A stretch of DNA of 64,000 bases from an uncultured Fibrobacter sp. (GCF_946062555.1 NZ_CAMGVQ010000003.1:31652-95651); one strand, 5' to 3'. Counted from the stretch's first letter, positions 25,559 to 34,819 are shown. Notes: generated from the letters alone by a model not told the origin. Translations and numbers: made by a program.

Positions 25559-27076
25559 ATGAGCGATAAAAACGAAAAAAAACAATCAAAAAAAAGCGAC
25601 TCTTCAAAAAGTGGCGTTTTTGACGCGTTAACAAATCAAAATTACTATTGTGAAGGGCCTTTTGTAACAACACCTACATCGGCATTAGAGAAACTTGCCG
25701 GTTCAAGTTTATATTTAAGCGACATCTCAGAAACGCATAAAGAAATTTCTCTTATTTCCTTTAGCAAGAAAGAACTTTCAGAATCGGAAAAAAAGCAAAG
25801 GTTGATTCTTGCGATAGAGAAAAAAGGTGCTGGCGACGAAGAAAAATATTACATAAAAACAGGCCTTTATGCCGGACGGATAACCTACAACGGAGTTGCA
25901 TTTGATATTCAACCGGATTGTAATGATGCTTTATATAAGCATATGCTAAGATATGCTAACCACATGTACCTTGACGAATCCGATGAATTGGGGAAAGAAA
26001 AAAAGAATAATAGTTTCCCGCTAATTGAATATCTCTTTTTGAGTTCTTTGCAAAGGGTTTCCGTCTTAGGACTTCCGCAGGAATATTCAAAACAAAGGTA
26101 TCATGATTTAAAGGTCCATGGTGGATTGGATATCCAGAACTTTATAAAAAAAGACATTCCGTTTAAAGGTAAAATATCCTCGCAAAAAAACGAACGCCAT
26201 TATGTGCAATGCATTGTAGATGTTCTTTATGCAGCAATGAAAGCGTGTAAGGGTGAAATTGAACGAGAATTCCGAGGATTGAGCCTTATCAAGAATGAAT
26301 TGAGTTCATCTTATTCTGGAAAATTCCCTTCGCAACAGACTATACAGAATGCCCTAAGCCATAGTTCTCTGCATAATCCAATGTATGCTGATTTTAAGCG
26401 AACGCTTACTTTTGCAGAAATTGTGATTAGGCGCAATACTGTCTTGCCCGACAAATCAAAGGATGCAAAGAATAAGGCATCGGGTTATTTACTAGATATA
26501 GCATCGCTTTGGGAGGTCTATTTAGAGCATGTTCTTCGTGAAGGATTGAATGAGTGGGATGTGTCTGCTCAAGAAGAGCTAAACCTATATAACGGTTGCT
26601 TTTTTGAAAGACCCAATTATCCTGATTTAGTTTTGCGAAAAAAAGACGACCCTTCCAAGGTTGTCGTCCTTGATGCAAAATTCAAGAAGATGCGAATGAG
26701 CTCTAAATTTGTAGATGTGGACAGAAGCGATCTACATCAGATTCACTCCTATGCAGGCTACTACCGCGAAAAGCGCGACACGGTTGTTTTATGCGGCTTA
26801 ATTTATCCATTAAGTTTGGAAAAACCTGTTAAAAATAAAGAGAACCTGTATGGACTTGATAAGCCAAAAACCTTGTTCGTGATAGACGGAATTTACAAGG
26901 GAAAGAAATCGAAGCAGGAGAATTCTCGAAAAACGGATGATAACGCGACCGAATCGGCGGAAGATAAAAATAGTGAGATTGCAGAAGAGTTAGATAAAGG
27001 ATATTCTTATGCCGAAGCCGAAGAAGCTTTTATTGGTCGCTTGCAGGAATATTTAAATAAGGATGCAAAAACCTAA
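25559..27076 (+). CDS. mcrC: McrC-like PD-(D/E)XK nuclease subunit
   Basis: 505 aa immediately downstream of the mcrB-like gene. The motif YPDLVLRKKDDPSKVVVLDAKFK gives PD...D-A-K. Confidence 0.65.
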   Translation: MSDKNEKKQSKKSDSSKSGVFDALTNQNYYCEGPFVTTPTSALEKLAGSSLYLSDISETHKEISLISFSKKELSESEKKQRLILAIEKKGAGDEEKYYIKTGLYAGRITYNGVAFDIQPDCNDALYKHMLRYANHMYLDESDELGKEKKNNSFPLIEYLFLSSLQRVSVLGLPQEYSKQRYHDLKVHGGLDIQNFIKKDIPFKGKISSQKNERHYVQCIVDVLYAAMKACKGEIEREFRGLSLIKNELSSSYSGKFPSQQTIQNALSHSSLHNPMYADFKRTLTFAEIVIRRNTVLPDKSKDAKNKASGYLLDIASLWEVYLEHVLREGLNEWDVSAQEELNLYNGCFFERPNYPDLVLRKKDDPSKVVVLDAKFKKMRMSSKFVDVDRSDLHQIHSYAGYYREKRDTVVLCGLIYPLSLEKPVKNKENLYGLDKPKTLFVIDGIYKGKKSKQENSRKTDDNATESAEDKNSEIAEELDKGYSYAEAEEAFIGRLQEYLNKDAKT

Positions 27077-27275
27077 AAGAAAATTTCACCGGAAATGCTT
27101 CAAGGCTATCTAGATTTTTTTAAAGAGGATTTTAAAAAGGAAATACAGAGTGCTATTTACGCGTCAATAAGCAAGAGAAATGGCAGAAAAATTTTAATCG
27201 AATGATGGAAGATTTTTAACAAAGAAAAAACGATTACACCAAGAACATGTTAATATAGTTTTGGAGGATTATTTT

Positions 27276-28223
27276 ATGATGACAGTAACCACAACAATCA
27301 CAATGGACGAAGGAAACATCCAGAAGTTCATTAAACTTTATGGCGAAGGCAATGGCGATTTTTCGCTGTCACTCGTTATCCCCGAACCTGATTACGAAAA
27401 AGAAAAGGCCGCTAAGTCTTCTGCCAAGAAAACTGCTTCTGTGAAGAAAAAATCGAAGGCGAAAAAGAACAGCAGTTGCGAGGATTGGTACGAGTGGCGT
27501 ATAGAAAATTGGGGTACTAAAACCGATGCCATGGATTACGGAGACGGACTTGCCTTGCACGACATTTTGTGCGGAGACCTAAATTTTCAAACAGCCTGGA
27601 ATCTGCCTATCAAAATATTTGAAAAGATGGCCGCAGACGGTCTCGAATTCGATATATATTGGGAAGCCGAAGACGTAGCCGAATTGGGAATCGGCAAGGG
27701 CAAAGCAAAAGACGGAAAATTCTGGCACTGCATAGACTTTAACGAAACCGCAGAGCGGTATAGAGAATTAACCGATGAAGAATGGGATCCGCGAGATTGC
27801 GCTTTTGTCAACCATGTTGACGAATATGGGAACAACTGCGAAATCGACACATCGCGTGTTCTTGTTTATGCCAATGACTTCCTAATAGTTCCTGTAAAGA
27901 AAATACTGGAAACGGGTTCCGAATTAGATTGTTGTGCAGATAACGCTTATAAAATACCCTCTTATTTTAGAAGTGTTTACGAAATAGAAGATTGGGGTGG
28001 TGACATTGAGTATTCCGACTATCTTCGTTACTCAGGCGATTCAGACGATGTTTTCCTCCTCGATAAAAAAGGGAACAAAATTAAAAGCCTATCCGATTTT
28101 GACCACAGTGAAAAAGATGAGAACGGCTATGTATATTACCCGGTCCCTTGCAGCGACATGAAAAATGATTGCTTGACCAAGACCGCCGAAGAAAAATGGC
28201 GCAAGAAACTGAAAATAAAGTAA
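27276..28223 (+). CDS. Hypothetical protein, possibly DUF1281/Api92-like (plasmid/ICE-associated family)
   Basis: A GGAGG RBS precedes the start. Contains FSLSLVIPEPDY...WYEWRIENWGTKTDA...FQTAWNLPIKIF, a pattern I associate from memory with DUF1281. Confidence 0.35.
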   Translation: MMTVTTTITMDEGNIQKFIKLYGEGNGDFSLSLVIPEPDYEKEKAAKSSAKKTASVKKKSKAKKNSSCEDWYEWRIENWGTKTDAMDYGDGLALHDILCGDLNFQTAWNLPIKIFEKMAADGLEFDIYWEAEDVAELGIGKGKAKDGKFWHCIDFNETAERYRELTDEEWDPRDCAFVNHVDEYGNNCEIDTSRVLVYANDFLIVPVKKILETGSELDCCADNAYKIPSYFRSVYEIEDWGGDIEYSDYLRYSGDSDDVFLLDKKGNKIKSLSDFDHSEKDENGYVYYPVPCSDMKNDCLTKTAEEKWRKKLKIK

Positions 28224-28495
28224 AGCGTAGCCTTAGGAGAGTATCGCGCGATATTGTCGCCGTGACGCCAGAGATGGCGTCGCGGTGGCTTTCATATAAC
28301 CCGCACAATCGTAGAATTTCCTGCAAGAAGGTAGACTTGCTTTGCAGAAAAATCAAGAGCGGGGAATGGCGACCGTTTCCCGGTATAGAGGTTTTTGATA
28401 CGGGGCGACTTTGGAACGGACAGCATCGTTTGATGGCTATCGTCAAGACGGGATTGACAGTACCTTTGTGCGTCTTTGTTTATAAGTTGGTATAG
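28196..28495 (+). CDS. ParB/Srx-like N-terminal domain protein, probably C-terminally truncated
   Basis: The pattern NRRISCKKVDLLCRKIKSGEWRP...LWNGQHRLMAIVKTG resembles ParB-like nuclease domain proteins of phages and ICEs. It is only ~100 aa long. Confidence 0.4.
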   Translation: MAQETENKVKRSLRRVSRDIVAVTPEMASRWLSYNPHNRRISCKKVDLLCRKIKSGEWRPFPGIEVFDTGRLWNGQHRLMAIVKTGLTVPLCVFVYKLV

Positions 28496-28524
28496 TTCAA
28501 ATTGCTCTCGCCAATCGTTCATGC

Positions 28525-28875
28525 TCATGATGCAGTTATTCCAATTTTTCGAATAACAGGCTCTTCCTCAAGTTCGCCACTCTTGAAAATTTCCTTGAGA
28601 TGGTAGTTGACCGTATTGACTTCTACCCCGTAAAGTTCCGCCATGCGATTCTGTGGCATCCAGAACGTGTCGTTATTGAAGATCACCTCAATACGGGATT
28701 CGCCGTGGCTCGTCTTATACTGCAGGATGCTTGAAAAATCGGCGTTTGTGACGGTCGGTCGGGAGTTTTCGCTTTGAGAAAAGTATGCCAGGGCGACTTG
28801 CACTTGAGGCTTCTTGCGGTCGGCATTTTCAACAATCAAGAGGCATGCCTCGCGTGAAAGATGGATGTTTTCCAC
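28525..28875 (-). pseudogene. RhuM-family protein, N-terminal fragment only
   Basis: ILQYKTSHGESRIEVIFNNDTFWMPQNRMAELYGVEVNTVNYHLKEIFKSGELEEEPVIRKI matches the RhuM N-terminal pattern. The ORF stops after 116 aa. Confidence 0.5.
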
Positions 28876-29197
28876 CTTGCGGAAAGCCCCGATCCGAGTT
28901 TGACCATTTCAACCACGTGGTTAAAATGGTCTGCTAAATTCAGGCCTTTTACCTGTGCAGTGACCATAGATTTATCTAGGAGGCGGCTGTTCTTGTTTGT
29001 TTATCGGCCTTGCCGCACAGCAGGCGGATTCTGTCTGGTTTCTGGACAGGCGCTATACGCGCACGCACCGGGACGAGGACAGGCGTCTGGCCAAACTCTA
29101 TGTGGAGAATAAGGAAATTCTTTTAAAATTTTTTCCGGAGTATTTGGAATTCTGCGACATCGGCGAGGACGAAGATTCCAGCCGGTAGGGTCAAAAA

Positions 29198-29350
29198 TTT
29201 CCCGAAAATGCAAAATGTTTTAGGCCAATATTTCTCGAAAATGCAAAATCTTTTTGTGCTATTTTTCCCGAAAACGCAAAATGTTTGGCTGCATATTTTA
29301 CCAAAAGTAGCCAAAATTCCCTAAAAATTACCTGAAAACGACAAAATCGA
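29198..29350. repeat. Iteron-like array with 33-bp periodicity: 3 good units and 2 degenerate ones
   Basis: The units start at 29198, 29231 and 29264 with the core TTTC(C/T)CGAAAA(T/C)GCAAAAT. Degenerate units lie at 29297 and 29329. Confidence 0.8.
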
Positions 29351-29381
29351 GACAGTATTTGTCGCATGGGGGTTGTATATT
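29350..29381 (+). promoter_or_regulatory. Palindrome AGACA-GTATT-TGTCG followed after 11 nt by TATATT
   Basis: agacagtatttgtcg lies at 29350-29364 and tatatt at 29376-29381, upstream of the ORF starting at 29496. Confidence 0.45.
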
Positions 29382-29495
29382 ATGTTTTTAGATTTATGCG
29401 TATATTTACATTTATGCATAAACAAGCGATAATATAATGCAGAAGGCACGGTAGTGTTACTGCGCAAACTCAGTGCATTTGACAGGAGGTCATTT

Positions 29496-30281
29496 ATGGC
29501 GACAATACATATCGACGACTCGAATCCTTTCCCGAACTTTCCGGTCGAGCCGGATAACCGGCGCGAATCCTTTGCCGATTTTTGCAAGCGGGAGGCGGCC
29601 GGGCTCAAGCTCGTGAGCGACGAGATGGAACAGGAAAATAGGGAACAGGAGGAACTGAACGCCCTCCAGAAAAAACGTTTTGAACGCAAGTGCGCGTTGC
29701 TTTACAATAATCTGGACCTGATTCTGCGCCACAGGGAAGAAATTGTCGCGACCCCGCGGTACGCGGATATCGACGTGCATTACGCAATCAAGGGTGGCGG
29801 GCTTTATGTGGGCCACCTGTCCGCTGTAAGGCATTTTAACTTCGTCGGCACCCTCGTCAGCATCGGTCTCAAGCTTTCCTCGCTCCTCGAAATCTGGGAC
29901 AACGAACAGTTCAAGGTGGAATGCAAGTGCGGCGGCACGGCTGTCATCCGCTCTTTTTCGGGTTCGCCCCTTTCGGGCGGTTCGCAAGCGACTGCGATTT
30001 GCCCCAAGTGCAAAAAAGAAATCCTCGTCAAGAACCGTAGCTTTGGCGGTTATTGTGGCCTGATGCATGCAGGGCACGACAGGGATATCGAAAAGGTCGT
30101 GAAGAGTATTATCGCCAAGTGGACCCTCGCCGAGGTCGCGTACGAAAAGAATGCTGCCGAAGGAAAAGATGCGAAATGGAGAAAAGTGGGGCTCAAATTG
30201 CGTGACGACGGCGAGCCCTGTAACCTTGAAACTATGATCAACGAACTGAAACTGAAGGAATTTCAACATGCTTCACGATGA
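29496..30281 (+). CDS. Hypothetical protein with a CxC...CxxC cluster
   Basis: An AGGAGG RBS lies 7 nt upstream. 261 aa. Contains KVECKCGGTAVIRS...AICPKCKKEIL. I recognised no family. I treat the 259-aa antisense ORF as a shadow. Confidence 0.55.
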   Translation: MATIHIDDSNPFPNFPVEPDNRRESFADFCKREAAGLKLVSDEMEQENREQEELNALQKKRFERKCALLYNNLDLILRHREEIVATPRYADIDVHYAIKGGGLYVGHLSAVRHFNFVGTLVSIGLKLSSLLEIWDNEQFKVECKCGGTAVIRSFSGSPLSGGSQATAICPKCKKEILVKNRSFGGYCGLMHAGHDRDIEKVVKSIIAKWTLAEVAYEKNAAEGKDAKWRKVGLKLRDDGEPCNLETMINELKLKEFQHASR

Positions 30282-30301
30282 TGAAATATAAGGAGGATAA
30301 A

Positions 30302-31411
30302 ATGGAACAATGCAAAATCAAACCATGGAATATCCGCAAACTGCACTTTGCAATCGATCAGCTGCAGGGTGCGGGGAAACGCAGGGACCGGAAGGAAATG
30401 CACCGTGAACTGGATGTCATGACGCACCTGCTCTGCGAATCGCGCAAGATGACCTTGCCTGACTATGGCCAGGCGGGCGGTGCGCCTGTTTCAAGCAACG
30501 GGTTGAACATGGCGGTGTTTACCGTCAAGAAGGGAATGTTCCCGCAAGAGATTGAAATGCAGGAGAATTTCTTCCCGTGCAGGCTTGTCGAGGGTGAGCG
30601 CGGCGATTGCCTTGTTTGCGTTGTCGCCTCGGCAGAAATTGCCAAGGCGTTGGCTGCGAAATTGGAGGTGGATGGCTACATCTTCATGGAACGCGCAGGC
30701 GTCCGTGCGCCTGAATTCTCGCAATACTCCAAGACGACGGATGACACCGGCTATTACTATCTGGTTCAGGTGAATTCGAGCCTTCCGCTTCAGGAACCGT
30801 CGGCGGTATTCGATGCCATCACCCAAATCGATGCCCTTGTGGATGGGCTGGACGAAAAAACGCGGAAGATGCTTTCTGAAGAGAACGTGGATGTATTCCA
30901 GAAATTCCGGAAGCGGGCGTACTGTATGCACAGGGGCCTCGGAAAAGACGAAACTTACGAGGCTGCCCTTGAATGGCTCAGGTTACAGCAGTTCGCGTTG
31001 GTGGAGTTGCCGGAATCGGAAAAGAAGCTTACCCCCATGTTCAACCTTACCCGTTTTGAACTCTGCATGAACCATCTGGGGTACGCCGTAAAGAAGATTG
31101 CAGGGGACTGCCGTTACGTTGTATTCAATACGCATGAATCGGCGACCTTCGAGCTCAACATGCAAACGGTCGCGGAGCGCATGCACGCCGTAAAAATCCA
31201 GATGTCGCCGGAAGGGTGCTGCCCCTCGATTGCAGAAAACCTTTGCAACGAAGTGCTCTGCTACGACAAGGATAAATACTACAGCGTAGAAGCCCTGAAC
31301 GAGAAGGAGTATTTCCCTATAAACGCGAGTGTTCCGAAGCGCCTAGGGAGCTTTATGCGGGCCGTGTACTATTGGGGCGCTGCCCTCAGCCCAGTCTTGG
31401 ACCTGAAATGA
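30302..31411 (+). CDS. Hypothetical protein (369 aa)
   Basis: An AAGGAGG RBS precedes the start, which lies 21 nt after the upstream stop. I recognised no family. Confidence 0.55.
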   Translation: MEQCKIKPWNIRKLHFAIDQLQGAGKRRDRKEMHRELDVMTHLLCESRKMTLPDYGQAGGAPVSSNGLNMAVFTVKKGMFPQEIEMQENFFPCRLVEGERGDCLVCVVASAEIAKALAAKLEVDGYIFMERAGVRAPEFSQYSKTTDDTGYYYLVQVNSSLPLQEPSAVFDAITQIDALVDGLDEKTRKMLSEENVDVFQKFRKRAYCMHRGLGKDETYEAALEWLRLQQFALVELPESEKKLTPMFNLTRFELCMNHLGYAVKKIAGDCRYVVFNTHESATFELNMQTVAERMHAVKIQMSPEGCCPSIAENLCNEVLCYDKDKYYSVEALNEKEYFPINASVPKRLGSFMRAVYYWGAALSPVLDLK

Positions 31412-31471
31412 TGGGTGAAAATACGATAAAAGAGCGGTTTTAGAAAAAAAATTATAAATACTTGCATATAG

Positions 31472-31502
31472 AATAGGGCCCGGTCTAGAACCGGGCTCTA
31501 TT
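31472..31502. terminator. Near-palindromic GC hairpin between convergent genes; candidate bidirectional terminator
   Basis: In aatagGGCCCGGTctagaACCGGGCtctatt, the 7-bp core gcccggt/accgggc is extended by flanking A/T pairs. Confidence 0.5.
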
Positions 31503-31533
31503 TAAATGGCATGTAATATAAAGGCTGTCTGGA

Positions 31534-32481
31534 TTAGAAACCCTTAATCGCAAGAAGGCTACCGACGCCGATGGCTGCCCACAGGATAACGCCCTGAATA
31601 AAGGGCTTGGCACCGCACTTCTGAAGGGCTGCCTTGGAAAGTCCCGTACCGATGAGGAACAAGGTAATGGCGAAACCGCGCTTGGCAATAGTTACGATGG
31701 TTGTTCCTACTGCAGAGGGAACGCCAATTGCCGGGAACAGGTAGGTGTTGATGACCATGGCAATTGCAAACAGGAAGATGAACCAGGGGATTACATCCAG
31801 CTTGCCCTTACCGCTATTCTTGCGGAAGAACAGCATGGTAACGAGAGCCAGAGGCAAAATCCAGAGGGCTCGGGTACACTTCACCATGGCGGCCACCTGG
31901 AGGGATTCATCGCTGTAGGCTGCTGCAGCACCTACCACGGAACTGGTGTCGTGAATGGCAATTGCAGCCCATTCGCCAAACTGCTGGTTGGAGAGTTCAA
32001 GATAGTGGCCCAGGGGCGGGAAGATGAGGAGCGCCAGGGCGTTCAGAACGAAGATGGTTCCTAGGGAAACGCTCATCTGCTTGTCGTCTGCGTCCACAAC
32101 GGGAGCAACTGCTGCGATGGCGGAACCACCGCAAATTGCCGTACCGCTACTGACCAGATAGGAAGTCTTGGTGTCCACTTTCAGAATCTTTCCTACGATG
32201 AAACCGAGAATCATGACGGCTGCCACAGAGATGATGGTAAACATCATGCCGTCTTTTCCGGAGGCGAGGGCTGCCTGCAGGTTCATACCGAAACCGAGCC
32301 CCACGACGCAGCCCTGCAGCAAATACTTCTGGGTTTTCTTGGCGAACTTGGGAAACGCCGGACCGCCAAAGATGAAGGCGTATGCAATACCTGCCATTAG
32401 TGCCATCCAGGAGGCAACACAGGGACAACAGGCGGCGAGAATTAAAACTACGAAGGCAATCTTTGCAATTTTTGCTTTCAT
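31534..32481 (-). CDS. YeiH/UPF0324-family integral membrane protein (putative sulfate exporter family)
   Basis: A polytopic membrane protein with SSGTAICGGSAIAAVAPVVDADDKQMSVSLGTIFVLNALALLIFPPLGH. Confidence 0.65.
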   Translation of the reverse strand: MKAKIAKIAFVVLILAACCPCVASWMALMAGIAYAFIFGGPAFPKFAKKTQKYLLQGCVVGLGFGMNLQAALASGKDGMMFTIISVAAVMILGFIVGKILKVDTKTSYLVSSGTAICGGSAIAAVAPVVDADDKQMSVSLGTIFVLNALALLIFPPLGHYLELSNQQFGEWAAIAIHDTSSVVGAAAAYSDESLQVAAMVKCTRALWILPLALVTMLFFRKNSGKGKLDVIPWFIFLFAIAMVINTYLFPAIGVPSAVGTTIVTIAKRGFAITLFLIGTGLSKAALQKCGAKPFIQGVILWAAIGVGSLLAIKGF

Positions 32482-32753
32482 TGTATCCTCTTATTCTGTG
32501 GGAAGTTTTTTAGTGCGGCGCATAAAGGCTAGAGTTTTCTTTTCACCTTTTCCCGCAAGCATGGTTAAAAGGTAAATTTCTATGCTTGGTAATGGTAATG
32601 AAATGGCGGATAGGATGAATCATGAATGAAAAGATAGAAATTTTCTTTTTTTATTATTAGTGTCCGGGTAAATCGTCGAAAATGTCTAGGCCCTAGAATT
32701 TGTACGGTCTAGACTTTTATTTTGCCGTTGCAAGCCCCTCCCTAAAAAGGACG

Positions 32754-33100
32754 CTATGGCGGGCTGGGCGAATGCTGCAACATGCGCTCCCAGTCCCTTT
32801 TAAGTCTGCGCTGCACAAGCGGCAGGAGCAGATTCGCGATGAGCGTTATCCAGATTTGGATCTTGATCGCGTTCTCGCTTACGCCATTGAAGTAGCGCAG
32901 CGGAAAGCTCTGTTTAAGTTGTTTGAAGAACGGCTCGATTTGCCATTGTCAAAGGTTTTTGGCCCCATGGGGAGCGAACAGGCCGACAGCATGTGTATAA
33001 GCCTTTTGTTGCCTGAACGCCTGCAGGACCAGTTCTGTTTCAGGAGTATGGCAGCCCTTTCTAAACTCCGGTTTGTGAAATCCGAGCGGGTTGTTTTGAG
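32754..33100 (-). mobile_element. C-terminal remnant of an IS4/IS5-type DDE transposase (pseudogene)
   Basis: The minus frame reads ...AKNL*QWQIEPFFKQLKQSFPLRYFNGVSENAIKIQIWITLIANLLL. This is the RWxIE-FFK-LKQ...SENA...QIW C-terminal signature, with a stop just before it and no upstream catalytic region. Confidence 0.55.
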
Positions 33101-33107
33101 GTAGTCT

Positions 33108-33317
33108 ATGTCAAACGACAAAATTTTGTTTTCCATGGATTTGACGGCGCTTATGGCGGTTGAGAAAATCGCAAAGGAAACCCAGAGATCTCCCGAGGAT
33201 GTCCTTGTAGATTTTATGGAATCGAATACAGCGAAAATGCTTTACGACGATTCGAATAAACTTTGGTGGGATGGCCCAGACGCCACCGCCGAAGAATTCA
33301 AGCGGGAAACGCTTTAG
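33108..33317 (+). CDS. Small hypothetical protein (69 aa)
   Basis: An ORF with plausible amino-acid composition. I have no confident family assignment. Confidence 0.35.
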   Translation: MSNDKILFSMDLTALMAVEKIAKETQRSPEDVLVDFMESNTAKMLYDDSNKLWWDGPDATAEEFKRETL

Positions 33318-33514
33318 GCTTTCTCTTTCAAAAAACACTAGGCACAGAAGGATGCACTTTTTCGGTGGAAAAAGTGCAGTCAAGAGCCAATAATTCGGTA
33401 GGAAAAGTGCGTTTGTTTCGAAAATCACACTTTTTTAATGTTTTTCGTGGAAAAAAATCACACTTTTTTATAATTTTATGTGATTTCTGGGTAAAAGCAT
33501 CCTATATTTAAGGC

Positions 33515-34819
33515 ATGAAACGCATCATCCTTGAAAAACTGAATAAGTGGAAAACATCTAAAAGGCGCAAGCCCCTGCTTTTGCGCGGCGCCCGTCAAGT
33601 GGGCAAGACTTGGGTGTTGAAGGAGTTTGGCAAATCTTTCCCGGACGGTTTTCTCCACATCGATTTTGACAAGCAAATCGAATACAGGCAGTTTTTCGAG
33701 CAGACCAAAGACGTAAAGCGCATCCTTGCGAACCTCGCAATGGCGAGCGGAAAAAAGATAACCGAGAACACTCTGATAATCTTTGACGAAATCCAGGCTT
33801 GCGAAAGCGCTTTAAACTCATTGAAGTATTTTTGCGAAGACGCTCCGCGATATAGCGTTGTCGGCGCCGGCTCCCTTTTAGGATTGAAGCTTGCATCCGG
33901 ATTCCCCGTGGGCAAGGTTGAATTTTTGGATATGTATCCCATGACATTCACCGAGTTCTTGCTTGCGAGTGGAGACAAGAACCTTGTTGAATACCTCGAC
34001 ACCATCGAAACACCGGAGAACATTCCGCAGGCATTCATGGGACCGCTAGAAGAAAAATTGAAAACGTACTTTGTGACAGGCGGCATGCCGGAATCTGTAC
34101 TTAACTGGGTCGAAGATCAAGACGTCGCCGCTGTCGACAAGGTTCTTTCTGATATTCTAACAGCTTACGAAGCGGATTTTGCAAAGCATGCGGACAAAAC
34201 CGACGTGCCGAAAATTCAATACATTTGGGATTCGCTACCGTCGCAACTTTCCCGCGAAAACAAGAAGTTCCTGTATTCGGCCGTAAAGCCCGGTGCGCGC
34301 GCCAGGGAATACGAGAACGCCCTGAATTGGCTCAACAACGCGAATCTCGTGAAGAAAGTTTTCCGTTCCACGAAACCGGGCCTCCCGATATCCGCCTACG
34401 ATGACTTGACATCTTTCAAAATATACATGGGCGACGTCGGGCTATTGCGAAAAAAAGCGGGGCTTGCGACTTCGGCATTTGCCGAACAGAACCGCCTATT
34501 TACGGAATTCAAGGGCGCTCTCACCGAAAATTTTGTATTGCAGAATTTGTCGGGGATGTTTGATGTCGCACCGCGCTACTGGAGCGACAACTTCCACGAA
34601 GTCGATTTCATTATCCAAAAAGAAAACACGATTATCCCCATTGAAGCCAAGGCGGGCACAAACATCAAAGCAGCCAGCATCAAGTATTACGACAAACAGT
34701 ACGACGCACCCCTGATGGTGCGATTCTCGATGCGCAACCTCTCCCGCGACGGAAAGATGCTGAACATCCCGCTCTTTATGGCAGATAGACTGGATGGACT
34801 GCTAGAAAAGTGGGGATAG
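33515..34819 (+). CDS. AAA+ ATPase with a DUF4143-type C-terminus, intact
   Basis: Walker A LLLRGARQVGKTW and Walker B TLIIFDEIQ. It is paralogous to 12777-13955 along its length. Confidence 0.75.
   Translation: MKRIILEKLNKWKTSKRRKPLLLRGARQVGKTWVLKEFGKSFPDGFLHIDFDKQIEYRQFFEQTKDVKRILANLAMASGKKITENTLIIFDEIQACESALNSLKYFCEDAPRYSVVGAGSLLGLKLASGFPVGKVEFLDMYPMTFTEFLLASGDKNLVEYLDTIETPENIPQAFMGPLEEKLKTYFVTGGMPESVLNWVEDQDVAAVDKVLSDILTAYEADFAKHADKTDVPKIQYIWDSLPSQLSRENKKFLYSAVKPGARAREYENALNWLNNANLVKKVFRSTKPGLPISAYDDLTSFKIYMGDVGLLRKKAGLATSAFAEQNRLFTEFKGALTENFVLQNLSGMFDVAPRYWSDNFHEVDFIIQKENTIIPIEAKAGTNIKAASIKYYDKQYDAPLMVRFSMRNLSRDGKMLNIPLFMADRLDGLLEKWG

Noticed and set aside
27106-27216. A short ORF (MLQGYLDFFKEDFKKEIQSAIYASISKRNGRKILIE) just after mcrC.
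   Set aside because: It is too short and has no RBS or homology that I can recognise. It may be a fragment of the AT-rich island.
28997-29188. A 63-aa plus-strand ORF (MFIGLAAQQADSVWFLDRRYTRTHRDEDRRLAKLYVENKEILLKFFPEYLEFCDIGEDEDSSR).
   Set aside because: It could be a real small protein or a gene fragment. It has no RBS or family support, so I left it unannotated.
29198-29350. CRISPR array interpretation for the 33-bp repeats (and likewise for the 79-bp repeats at 1-262).
   Set aside because: The units are directly adjacent, with no unique spacers between conserved repeats. No cas genes are in the window.
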